Below, piece by piece: positions 52,770 to 64,000 of a DNA stretch of 64,000 bases; positions within the stretch are counted from its first letter, which is position 1, and the number at the start of each line of letters is the position of its first letter. Origin of the DNA: Camelus ferus (taxonomy: Eukaryota); contig NC_045697.1 in the NCBI RefSeq assembly GCF_009834535.1, positions 95,916,001-95,980,000 of the forward strand, in the 5' to 3' direction. Under the pieces are notes generated by a model. The model did no database searches. It was not told the DNA's origin and saw only the letters and a list, made by a program, of their open reading frames with translations. The position numbers were made by a program, and so were the translations under genes.

Positions 52770-53212
52770 TGTGAGGCTGTACCCTGCAGGCCTGTAAGCC
52801 TGTACTCACCTAGCTTCAAGACCAAAGAAAGAGCCCGGAGTCACTGACAGAGACATCAGTGGTTTAGTGGACACGGGGGAACTTACGTGTCTGAAGCAAG
52901 GTCCTGGAGCAACTCCCCACTGTGTGCTGTGGATGGCAGGCTGGACGTGGTGGCAGGCTTTGCTCCCAGGGGCAGAGGGAAGTTAGCAGTTATAAGGAGA
53001 ATTGATGTCAGGTTGGCTCATTGGTTCCCAAGGAAACCAGCAGAGAAGCACACCCTTCACGCCCTTGGATTAGATCAATCACCAGCTGGGGCCTGGGGCA
53101 AGTATGTCAGAAGGTCAATCATGTGGGTAGAGTACAGGTGAAGCAGGCACTGGTCAAGCAGGGGCTGGACAGAGCACAAGAGAACAGCCATCCTGAGTGG
53201 CCTGATCATACA
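52770..53212 (-). mobile_element. Solo LTR, 443 bp, with a 5-bp target-site duplication (ERVL-like)
   Basis: TGT...ACA termini; GTGTG at 52765-52769 and 53213-53217; GC-richer than flanks. Confidence 0.8.
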
Positions 53213-53727
53213 GTGTGTTAATAAAATTTCAAATATGCTTGCATAGGTAGTAAATAGGTCAAATATATTCAACATATAAATCACGTAGTATTTTATAAAT
53301 AAAAATGGTTATTCTTTACTACTTTAAAATATGGTGAATACTGTCTTGCCTCACTCCTTCCTAATCAAGGACACTGCTATAGATGAGAGAATTCCAGCTG
53401 ACCAATTTACCCTGGTTTTCACTGGAGGAATTCCAGTAAATCAGCTTTCTAGCTTAACATAAAAGGGAAAAGGAAAATAAAGGAAAATAAATGTTCCATT
53501 GTTGTTGTTACATGCATTATGTATATAACACATGTGTGAAAATTATCTGGCCAGTTTAAAGGAAAATCAACCAAAAAACTCTGTAGCCATAGCCTAATTT
53601 AAACAAACAAACAAAAGAAAACTTTATATTCCCAAGTCCCTCTCTGCATATACCAAAGAGATTCTTCAGGGTGTCTTCCTCAGGGGATAATTATAGTTAG
53701 GTCACACTTAACTGCCTGAGTTAATGC

Positions 53728-54131
53728 TGTCAAACTCTGTACATGGAATAAAACAAAGCAGAAAGATGACTTTACAGCAAGGGTTTTGATCTGCAAGCCA
53801 GGAAACTCAAGGCTGTAAGAGCAATGAGTTCTGAGTTGCTCACGGACTAAGGGATTTTTATGGAGTAAATGCAGAAGTCATTTGGCTTTTTCAGGTAATT
53901 GGTTATCTAGTAGTCTTCTTACCTACTTGGATCAGGGTAGCTGAGTCAGGAGAACAAGGAAGTTCAGAGATGCCCTGAACAACAGACTTGGACTTTGGGG
54001 AGTGGCTGAGTTCCTCTACTGATTTCTGAGAAGAGGAGTAAACACCTGTAAATTTAGGTCAAGTTTCCTTTATGTGCCTTCATTGACTGTCTCCATTTAG
54101 TCCCTGACATAAGTGACTCCATTTTAGGACA
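53728..54131 (-). mobile_element. Ancient ERV1-like LTR remnant (MER31/MER67-like)
   Basis: ctgcaagccaggaaactcaa..ttggttat..atttaggtcaagtttccttt..ctgacataagtgactccatttt. Confidence 0.45.
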
Positions 54132-54243
54132 ATAATCTGAAAAAAAAAAATGTATATGTATAACTGAATTGCTTTGCTGTATACCTGGAACTAACATTGT
54201 AAATCAACTACATTTCAATAAGAAAACAAAAATACAAAAAAAA
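54132..54243 (+). mobile_element. Short L1 3' tip with A-rich tail
   Basis: tatgtataactgaattgctttgctgtatacctggaactaacattgtaaatcaactacatttcaataa. Confidence 0.8.
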
Positions 54244-54604
54244 GTTCTATGATCCCAATCAAAGAACAGCATACGATATATCTACTGTGTATCTGTCACA
54301 ACATAATCAATAATTGCTGATCCAGGCTAATTTTTCATTGAGACTAATTAGTTACCTTTTTGCTTGACCTTAGCTTGGATTTCCAACCAGAGTCAATTGC
54401 CTCATAAATGAACACCCACAGAAATACAGGGCAAATCATTGTTCTTACCTGGATTTTTTAAAAAGCTTAGTTTCTTACTCTCTACTTTAGTGTTAAATCT
54501 GTATGGCTAATTATTATCACAGTTGTTAATGTGTAGGACTGTGCCTTTCAACATAATGGACAATAGCTATGTGTCCCTACTGAGCACTCAAAATGGGGTC
54601 AAGT

Positions 54605-54760
54605 ACAAAGTAAGATGTGCTGTAAGTATAAAACATTTACTAGATTTAGAAGACTTAATACAAAAAAATTTTATTAATATTTTACTTAATTAAATATTGA
54701 CATACTAATATTTTGGATATATAGGGTCATAAATAAAATATACTATTAAGATTTTAAAAA
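54605..54760 (+). mobile_element. MER33-like hAT-Charlie fragment
   Basis: gatgtgctgtaagtataaaac..gaagacttaatacaaaaaa..taatattttggatata..aaataaaatatactatta. Confidence 0.65.
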
Positions 54761-57700
54761 TAAGTGCCTCCATTTTAGCTTGGTTCTACAGTATTAAAAT
54801 ATTTTTTAAAATGGTTTCTCCCACTAACAGTGGGATATTACTCACAGTACATTGTTTTTACTTAATTTTCAGTCTTTTCCAATTGGGCACATACAAAATG
54901 GATTCACATTGTGGTTTCAATTTTCATTTCACTGATGATTAATCAGGTTAAACAAGTGGAGAGAGAAAGTGATTATAGTTAAAAGTTTAAAAATATATCT
55001 TCAAATGAAGGATTATAATTGATGCTGATAAACTGTTTATCCTATACAGAAAAGTTTTTCATTTCCAACTTGAAGTGAAAAAATTTTAAAGTTCTTTCAG
55101 AAAATTTTAAACTTCATTATTAACTGAAACCTATGGTTTTCATTGTTCTTTAGGAAAATCTGTAGAACTTTTCAGAAGCAAATTTACGTAAGAATAGCAA
55201 TCAAGACACTTTGTAAGACAATAAAGACATTAATAATACTTCGTTATTGCACATGATATTACTCACACTCAAGTTTAATGGCTTACAATGCATTTTTTTT
55301 TTGGCAGTATGAGGAAATTAGCTCTGTTTCCTGGCACAATTAGTTATAAGTCCTTCATTTTCATTCTGTTGAAGACTGAAGGACAAATCAGTGATAACAG
55401 AATCAAGCACTCGGGTAGTCAGCTAAGATTCTTGTCTGGGAGTAATTTATCATGTAAATGGTGCTTGCTTTTTTTTAATGGAAATTTGAAAACAGCTTTC
55501 TGCATGATTGAAGCCTTTGTCCGTAGCCCATCCCAACATATGACAAATGTAAGTTTTCTCTACAAGATAGTAGGAAGATCAGTGTGATAGACTTTTGAAA
55601 TGGCATAATTAGATGAATGTATGTATATTTTTCCAAATCCTCTCTGTTTTTTTAGAATTTTATGTGTATGTTACATTTACACTCTAAGTAAAGCATAAAA
55701 GATTGTAAAATGCCTTTTTCTCTGTGAAAAAATAATGGTTTGGGAAGCCAAATCTATAAAGTATATATATGCATATTTTCTTTCCTTTTAACTTATGCCT
55801 TCTTCAAGGTATTATTAAAATAATATTAAGACAGTGTTTGCATTAACAAAATGTGTCTATTGAAAATATCAGAAAATATCTGGATGATTATTGTATGACA
55901 CCAGATGAATGGATATGTACAAATGTATAGAACACAGATCTTCTTTATTTTCCTTGGGGTTTCTGGCACCATTTAAAGAACCTAAAGTACTTTTCATCCA
56001 AATATATAATATGAAATTGATACTGCAGCAAATACCTAAAAATACAGTTATACTTAATATTTGATGTTTATCCTTAAGGAAATACTATGCCAATGGAGCC
56101 ATGTCTGTGAATGGAAAATGGTAATTTTTAAAGTAATTTTTAACCCATCCTGAAGGAAAATTATTTTTTAAAATTAACATAGATATTCTTTATTAAAGTC
56201 TCTCAATTACTATATTCCATTGACTATATCAAGAATTATACTGTGGAATTATAATTTTGTAGATTGTTTTATATTTTATTTTATTCATTGTCAAATTATT
56301 TGAGTTCTCCATTTTAGTTGACCTCAATATAGAGCCTATTTTAGTATCTAATTTTTATTTCTCATTTTAATATTTTTATATTTTCAATTCTAAGATACTT
56401 CACCAATACTTTAAAAAATACTAAAACATTATTTTAACTAAAATTTTTTTGAAAAAATATATACACACACATATATGCTAACAATGTCTTCGAATTTAGT
56501 GTCAACTACATTGTAAGTCTCCTTGGCCATCACAATTGGCCTCCAGTGTCTTCTCTTTCTTTTGGCCTCCCCAGGGTGTCTGTGTATTCCTGGGGATCTA
56601 TTTGTATGATTTACAATTTGAGAGTGCCATTGTCTATGATCATGTTCCTCTGAAGTTATTGTTTCCATGTGACTGCAATGCTAACCTTTTTGAATTGATT
56701 TAACAGCTAGGAAAACCCTAAGCTGTCAGAAATACCTCCTTAAAGAGAATTAAATGCAGAACAACAGCAGTGAGTACTAATGTGGGGTCTAACAAATCGT
56801 TAGTTGCAAGATTCAATGAGACCTCTGTACCATCCAGTTTTAAAGTGATGGGGATATACATAGAGGGCAAAATGCTTTTTGTTATGTATCTATCCAAATA
56901 TTTAAAGTATTTTACAATTATAAAATATTTGATTATTCCTCATCAACAGATAGGCAGAGCTAGGTATCTCTCTTAATTTACTGGATGGGAAAAGCTTGCA
57001 TTTGTACAGAAAATTTACTGTATGACCCATTCTATTTTCTCTTGAAACTTTTGATGCAGTGTTATTTCTTCCATAATTATTGTGTTTCTTCTGTCCAAGA
57101 TATTCTACTTCCCTGTGCTGACATGGATATTACAGATACACTTTAGTACAGAGTAACATATATGACTTTTAAAAAGTATGGTTCATATATTTACTATAAA
57201 TTCATGGATGGAATATTCCAACAAGCAGAAATGGCAATGTAAATTAACTATGCTGGCCATTGTGATCTCATTGATACTAATGGATATGTTTAAAGACTAT
57301 GGGGGATCTGTCATTGTAATATGAGGAGATAAAACTAGTCATTCCTGAAAAAAATTCTGAGTATAGGTATGTTGGTCTGAGTTCTATAAACAGATGTGTG
57401 CAAGATAGATGAAACATTAAAAAACAAAGTCCCTTTGGTCTGCAGCCAATGATAGATACAATGTTCTACATTTGGAATTAAGTTTATTTCATAGAAATTC
57501 CTGAAAAGGTAAGTTGAAGATGTGAAAGCCCTTGGGGCAGGAAAGAATGGAGATGCTTTAGGACAGCCATTAATTAGCTTATCTACCCAAATCCCAGAAT
57601 GTAACTTTGTCCACATCAGAACATGGCTGATACCTCAGTTTAACTGCTGAGCCTCAGCAACCATTGTTTTCCACCTTTTTATTCCAAGAGTGACTGATAA

Positions 57701-58091
57701 GCAGCAAAACTGACTACTGCAGACATTTTAATATTCAGTTCAACTCTTCCACTCTTTGCCTCGAGGCAGCCAGCACACTTTGCACAACCTGAACTTTAGC
57801 AGATTTGGAAGAATTCACCTCAGGGAAATTAGAACTGCAGAGATAGTCAAGGGACCTATGATTACAAATAATCCACAGACCCCATTATTTGGCAATACTA
57901 AGCTATTTTGGTGCAAACTCAAAGGTTTGATTTTTCAATGTTTCTTGAGTAACCACATGCAGTGTAAATTACTTTTACCTTTATGAGTGTCATCTTTTCA
58001 GCCTAAATCAACTCGACTATGAGATCAAAAGCAGGGTTTTTTTTGTATAATGGAAGGACCTCCAATAGGTATTATTATATTTGTTCAACTC

Positions 58092-58094
<3 letters not shown>

Positions 58095-58145
<51 letters not shown>
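58095..58145. repeat. (CA)25 microsatellite
   Basis: Perfect CA run. Confidence 0.97.
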
Positions 58146-58147
<2 letters not shown>

Positions 58148-58149
58148 AT

Positions 58150-58555
58150 ATCTGGTAGTCCTTCACTGGTGTGGCTACTTAGGTGGACCACGCCAATCCC
58201 CTTTCAGAACTAATTTCCTCAGGTGCTGAAGTGTTGTCTGCTGATAGCTCACAGCTGAGATTCCCTGAAGAGGCTCCTCTGTAAGAGGAAGCTGCCTTGT
58301 TCAAGATGACTTCCTCTCCTCCTCTCCCATATGGCCTGTATCCAATGATTGGCCAATTCAAGTCAAAGGCTCATTAGCCAGGTTTCCCTTTTACACATCT
58401 CTGAAGGGGCATCCTAACTTACTTTCAACTTCTCCATCTGTACAGTCCTCCTTTCCTCGCTTCCTCACAAGTGTTTTGTTCCCAAATCCCTCTCCAAGTA
58501 ACATCCTTCATGCAAATATTAGTTTCAAAGTCTGTTTCCAAGGAAACCCAACCCA
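58150..58555 (+). mobile_element. LTR16-like ERVL LTR remnant, sense orientation
   Basis: ctgctgatagctcacagctgag..ccaatgattggcc..cagtcctcctttcctcgcttcctcacaagtgtt..tgcaaatatt..tcaaagtctgtttccaaggaaacccaacc. Confidence 0.65.
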
Positions 58556-59924
58556 TGCATGTTGATCAAAAAATTAGACTAATCCTTCACAGAGGAAGAG
58601 GCAAAAGACAAATCTAAGTTCTACTCCTCTACTCAACTTGCTTTTTGGACACTGAGTCATTTCAACACAATCACAGCTCCATTTCCTGGAAGATCAGGAA
58701 TGGGAGGTTAAAGGATTTCTTCAGGTTTGGTCTTAAATTGGAATAGATTTCAGCTTTCCAGCTGCCATTTTATCTTAGTTGGGAAAGGATTTTAGGACTC
58801 TAGCTTTTACCTGACAACAATGTGGTAATAACATATTTGTGTTTGATTTCTCCAGAACACTTCTATTTGCGTTCTTTTCCCGCCAAGAAACTTAACAGTT
58901 TCTTGTGGTGTCTTACAGAAAAGCATGACCTCTAATAATGACTTGGATTTCCTTTCTAGGAAGCAGTCCCTGTCTCTTCAAATACATAGAACAGCAGGAT
59001 CTAAGAAGAGCTTCATCGCCGGCAACCCAGTGCAGGACTATGCATATTTAGCTTCTAAAAGTCTCCAAGTCAATAGGTGATTTGGAACTTACTGAGGGAG
59101 CAACACGATGATACTTCACGTTCCCCAGAAGAATATTTAGTGATCGTCTTCCCTCCACTTTTGTTACTCAATAAAGATTTTGGAAGGGTTTTACATTATC
59201 TCTTTTTATAAATTTTCCTAAATTTTCTTTCTAAATGTCCTATTAAAAACAATTCTGAAAAAGTGCTTACTTGTAAAGAGTATAAACTTGCATTTCTGCT
59301 ATGCCATTTACTAAATAATAATCTAATAATACGTTTCCTGAGAACTCTAAGGGCCAATATGTTTATCTATGTAGTAAAAATAGTAATGAGACTTATAGCC
59401 AGGAATGACATAGGATTTAATTACATAATTTATTTAAAACACAAAGCATAGTCCTGGCATGTAGTCAGCACTAAAACAGACAACTATAGCAATAAAAAGG
59501 ATGATTAGCTTTATCAATTCTCTGAAAGATTTTAAATCATTTTTATTATTTCTCTAAACCTTAGTTACATTACTTCCTCTACCAAAGATAACATTTTAAA
59601 ACTGGCATAATACATCTTTAATGAATTCAACTTCTTTAAAATCATGTTCTTCTTTTCATGGGTCTCCTTTAGTCTGTCCTTCAGGAATTCGAGCCTTTTA
59701 TGCTCTTTCCATCTCTTCCTTCCCCACTCCCTCTACTATGAAAATATGCTCTTCAACCCATTTGATATACCATTTACCCTGGTCATACATTTTCAATATA
59801 TTATCTGTTAAAAAGATATTTAGATTAAAAAACCATATCTTTACAGAGTGTGAAGGCAGTTATATTTTGCTGAGAATTTTGGGCACCAAAAAGCAGATAG
59901 GGTAAGTGCCTGACAATTAGCTTG

Positions 59925-60022
59925 ATATATATATGGATATGTATATATATGTGTGTGTGTATGTATATGTATATTTATATGTGTATGTATGTATATGTAT
60001 ATATGTATATGTATATATATGT
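59925..60022. repeat. Compound (TA)n/(TG)n microsatellite
   Basis: Read directly from the sequence. Confidence 0.9.
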
Positions 60023-60094
60023 AATGTAAGTGCCTGACATTAAGCTTTTGATTGCTGAGGCATTCATTTCAAAGTCATCCACCTTGAATAAACA

Positions 60095-60487
60095 CATTGC
60101 CAGCTACATAACTAGAAAAAGAGCCAGGCCACCCAACTCATGAAATTTCCCTTTATAGAAAGCACTGGGTGACCTAGGTAAGTGACCTCTGTAGTGACCC
60201 TGTATTTCCCTTCGGGTGCTTTAATTCCTGCTCTTATGTTTTTATTTCACTAATAAATAATAAACCCATGAAACCCTAGGCACCCCACCCTCTACCCCAT
60301 AAAGGCATGTCTTCACTCAATCTCCTTCTCTTTCTATCTGTGACCTCACTCTGTGGCTCCAGGTATCTGTGTGCCCTCCAGGACTTGTGAATGATAAACC
60401 TTATTTTTCCCATGTCCCCTAACTGATGGTTGCTAAGGTACATCTTGCAGTCATAATAAGAGCCACAAGGGCTGGCCCAGCCACAGC
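60095..60487 (+). mobile_element. Solo LTR, family unassigned
   Basis: LTR-like order: U3-like block, cataaa box at ~60298, pyrimidine tract, gataaacc signal-like motif, ends ccaca. Confidence 0.5.
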
Positions 60488-61524
60488 ATTGGCTCCAGGG
60501 AGGGAAATGTCCATGGGGCTTTTGGACTTACCACAGCTAGTAAAGGCCCCTGGTGAGCGCCTCCAGGCACTCCTAGTCAATATCATACTATCAATAGCAT
60601 GTGACCTACATAAAACATAGAGTTATATATTTATTTGAAACCTTCAAATCATAGTAGGAAACAACTACCCAGCTTACATATATATATATATATAATGGAT
60701 ACCATAGAAAGTTCAATGTTTAAGAAATCACATCCACCCTTCAGGAGAGTACACTCATTTAGTGTTATTATTATTCTGCATGAAAAAGTACTCTAGTGAC
60801 CTAAGAGATGCCTCCCCAATCACTTATTTCCAAAAAATAACACTCCTTCTCAGAAGCATCTGATTTATTATATACAGCTAAGACTATTACTTATAAAACT
60901 CCTAGGAAATAGAAACCAATTTCATTTGCAACTATTCAAGTTTGAATCTTTTTTTCCTGCTCACTCTCTGAAAATACAGATACACATATATTTGTTTATT
61001 TGAAATTAAATCAAGATTGTGAAGTATATTTCCAGGTTGTAACTATCAAAGGTAGCTAAATTAAATCACAGCATATATTCAAAACAAACCAAAGAGAACA
61101 AAAAACTCCTATGAAGGCTCCACAGTGATTGCTGACTCTATGGTCACAGAATTCCCAGAAATCACAAAAATAAATGAACTACATGCACCATTTTATTGAC
61201 CTTAACAGACATATTTAATCAAATGGATGCTACTTAAATACCACATTATTTTGCACTGGTCTAAATTTACATTAGTTCAGAGTGATAACAATACTAAAAG
61301 AGAGTTAATTATCTACTTCTTAACAAATACAGCCTGACTGGCATAATATATTAATACATGAAGTCATTTGGGAGAAAAGAGCACAACGCAAAAAGAGTGG
61401 TTAAAATAATAATAATGATTGCAAAATGATTATAAATCAATAAAAAATGTTAAAAAAGATAATAACAATGGCTGTTTTTTGTATCATTTACTTTTGCTTC
61501 ATAACATGGATAACATAAATATGT

Positions 61525-61590
61525 CCCATTGATAGATTTACCCAATTTGAAGTATAAACCCATTGATAGATTTACCCAATTTGAAGTATA
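61525..61590. repeat. Perfect 32-bp tandem duplication separated by AA
   Basis: cccattgatagatttacccaatttgaagtata at 61525-61556 and 61559-61590. Confidence 0.95.
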
Positions 61591-64000
61591 TATTAGCCTT
61601 GATCAAATGGATACATATCAGTCTAAATTGCAGGGATGCCATAGGCAAGATAAAGGTAAATAGAAAAATTGATAGTTACAAAAGTAGAAAAAGGATGAAA
61701 AAAATCACCTTGAATTTTCAAGCATATAAAAGGCAACTAGGTTTATTGCAACCAATAGTTATTTTTCAGATGTTCCCCATAAAAGTGTTTTTCAAATTAC
61801 TTTCCTAGTCATCATGCTAGGTGTCTGCCACTTATTTAATTCTATTAGATAGCTTTAGGATTGGAGAAGGATCAGAGACACAATCGCTGTCATTAAAATT
61901 CCTCCTCAATAATTGGAGATAGAAGACAAAGAACATGAAACAAAGGAAAGTTTTAAGAGCTGAATGTACTTTGTATGCAACATGAGCTACTGTGCTACAA
62001 GAATTAAGAGGACAGTGAGTCGAAAAGGGCTGAAATAGATAAAGATACTAGGAGGTAACAATGAGCTGCCTCCTATAGGTTGTAAAGAAGTGTTTACATG
62101 GAGGGGTAAGAAGAAATTATTTTGATGAGGAAAGTGAAATTGAGAACCATTTTTAATTTGAAACATAACAGAAAAATTTGAATCATAATTAAGCCTCTGT
62201 CAAAAATGGTCTTGGTAAGAGTTTCTATGCTGTTTTCAAGAGAAATATCTTTTGAATTGTGCCTAACTCTGTAACTGACATTTGATTTCACTCTTGAGGT
62301 TATTACAGATGAGGAGATGATTGAATGATAGGGTTATGAGTCCTCAATGACAGGTTTCTTTCTTAAATTGAAAATGATGGTGGACAAAAGCTGCTCAGGT
62401 AATTTAATGTTTGTGCTTGAAGCTTTACTCAAATCATCCTTTAATTTTAAAGCATCTTCAGCTACAGATTCTTAGTAAACCAGTTTCATAATTTCAGATA
62501 TTGTATGCACTCTGAAGTGACATTTGAATAAATGAAATATTTTTCATTAACTTTGTTGCCCTTTAAGAGTTTCTAAGATATCACACATTGGACAAGTTTT
62601 AGATAAGTTAACCTTAACATATTCCTTAAAAGATATGGTAAGTATGCAAATATGCCTCATAAAACAACTTTTATCTAGAAACACATAGAGGAAGGTAATC
62701 ACTAGCATCACAGTTTTTCAGCCTTAATTTGATTTGAAAGATGAAAAGTATTAATTCTATTTGATCTATTTGATCTAAATAACATTTCCAAATGCAAACA
62801 ACAAAATCTCAATGTTCATTGTTTATTTAATCTTTTTTCTAGCTTTATCGCAGATTTTATTTATACGATAGATGCTTTAAGGGAAAATAAAGATATATGT
62901 GGTTGAAATCTTGAGCATATGCTGTGGCAACATTTCTTATTTCAAATCCACTTTTCAACATGAGCAGATAAACCAACAGAAGATGCCTGAAGGAAAATAC
63001 AAAATCACATTAAAATATTCCCAGTTTTAAGACATTAAAAACTGAATACCAAAGCCTGCTTTATTCAAATATCACATAAACTTTTAACATTGTTATCAAT
63101 CGATGCATAAATATGCTAAATTTTAAAAGAAATTATATTTACATACAAGTTATTTCATTTTTGCTTTGTTGTTTATCTCTAAGTATGTATGTTGATATAT
63201 ATTTTTGGTGTATCATATAAAATATGTAGATTTAACTCATTGTTACTACTTGTTCAATTAAGGGTAAGGACTGAAGTCAAATAAAAGAGAAAGAACTGAA
63301 GAAACTTTAGAAAAACTGAAAAAAAAAAAAACCACGTTACTGAAGTGCTGACATTAAAGAAGGATGGGACAAAAGAAAGAGTTAGGGAGGGAGACACTCA
63401 TCAGATCGTGGAAGGACCATGTTAAGAAAATGTATCCAAACATAACAAATATGAGTCAGGGAAATCGTGTTTGCATTTTTATAGTAGTGTGTTAAAATGG
63501 CATAAAAAAAAATTCAATGTTGAATAAAAATAAAATATTATTTTTATCTATGTAAGAAATACAACAACAAAATCTTTTTTCTGTCTCCTATAAACAGACA
63601 TAGATATGCTAATAACTGATTATTTGTTTAGAACTTTATATTGAAAAGAATCATAATTCATATTAAAATTATTGTGAATTAGACATATAGTCACATGAAG
63701 TATTGGTTAAAAATGTATTTCTAATTAAAATAGAGAAAATTCTGTATTGCCAAGTATCATTCCTCTGTACATCTTAATCACTATCATCTCAGGAGCTTGA
63801 AAAAAAAAAATTACTGGGCCTAAACCCAGATATTTTGATTAAGTAGTTGTCAGAGATCATAAAAATTTTTACTAAATCAATGATCAGTATCTTGACCAGA
63901 CTTCTTAAATTCTGACAACAGACTTTATCTGGAAGTCTCAGTGTATGAAACACTATTTCCAAACTGATCATTCCTCCAATCTGAGAAACTTCCTAAGAGT

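Noticed and set aside
29542..61590. CRISPR-like or other repeat-spacer arrays
   Set aside because: Only isolated two-copy duplications and microsatellites in a mammalian context; no regular repeat-spacer periodicity
182..63971. Remaining 60-121 aa ORFs as genes
   Set aside because: Low-complexity F/L/I/K/Y-rich translations typical of AT-rich non-coding DNA, or fragments of L1 ORF2; no supported exon chain. Small exons of a large host gene cannot be excluded by eye

Overview
AT-rich, repeat-dense mammalian genomic DNA with no intact protein-coding gene that I can support. Three tRNA-derived SINEs resemble the camelid Vic-1 family, which points to a camel, alpaca or llama genome (recognised from memory, not from a search). 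Most of the window is L1 fragments, solo LTRs (ERV1-, ERVL- and MaLR-like), DNA-transposon MITEs, MIR/L2 remnants and microsatellites. The only gene-derived element I recognise is a minus-strand retrocopy of ERO1A (~31807-32527). It has a lost start codon, a premature stop and frameshifts. Its coding similarity ends abruptly at a GT dinucleotide, so it looks semi-processed: spliced 5' exons running into retained intron. It keeps a CpG-rich 5' end with NRF1/ETS-like motifs and lies ~85 bp downstream of a co-oriented solo LTR with an intact TATA box. I found no evidence for a new multi-gene biological system. The best leads are this LTR-plus-retrocopy locus, a polyadenylated LTR fragment, and an unexplained GC-rich insert. 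Repeat family names are by-eye assignments and need Dfam/RepeatMasker confirmation.
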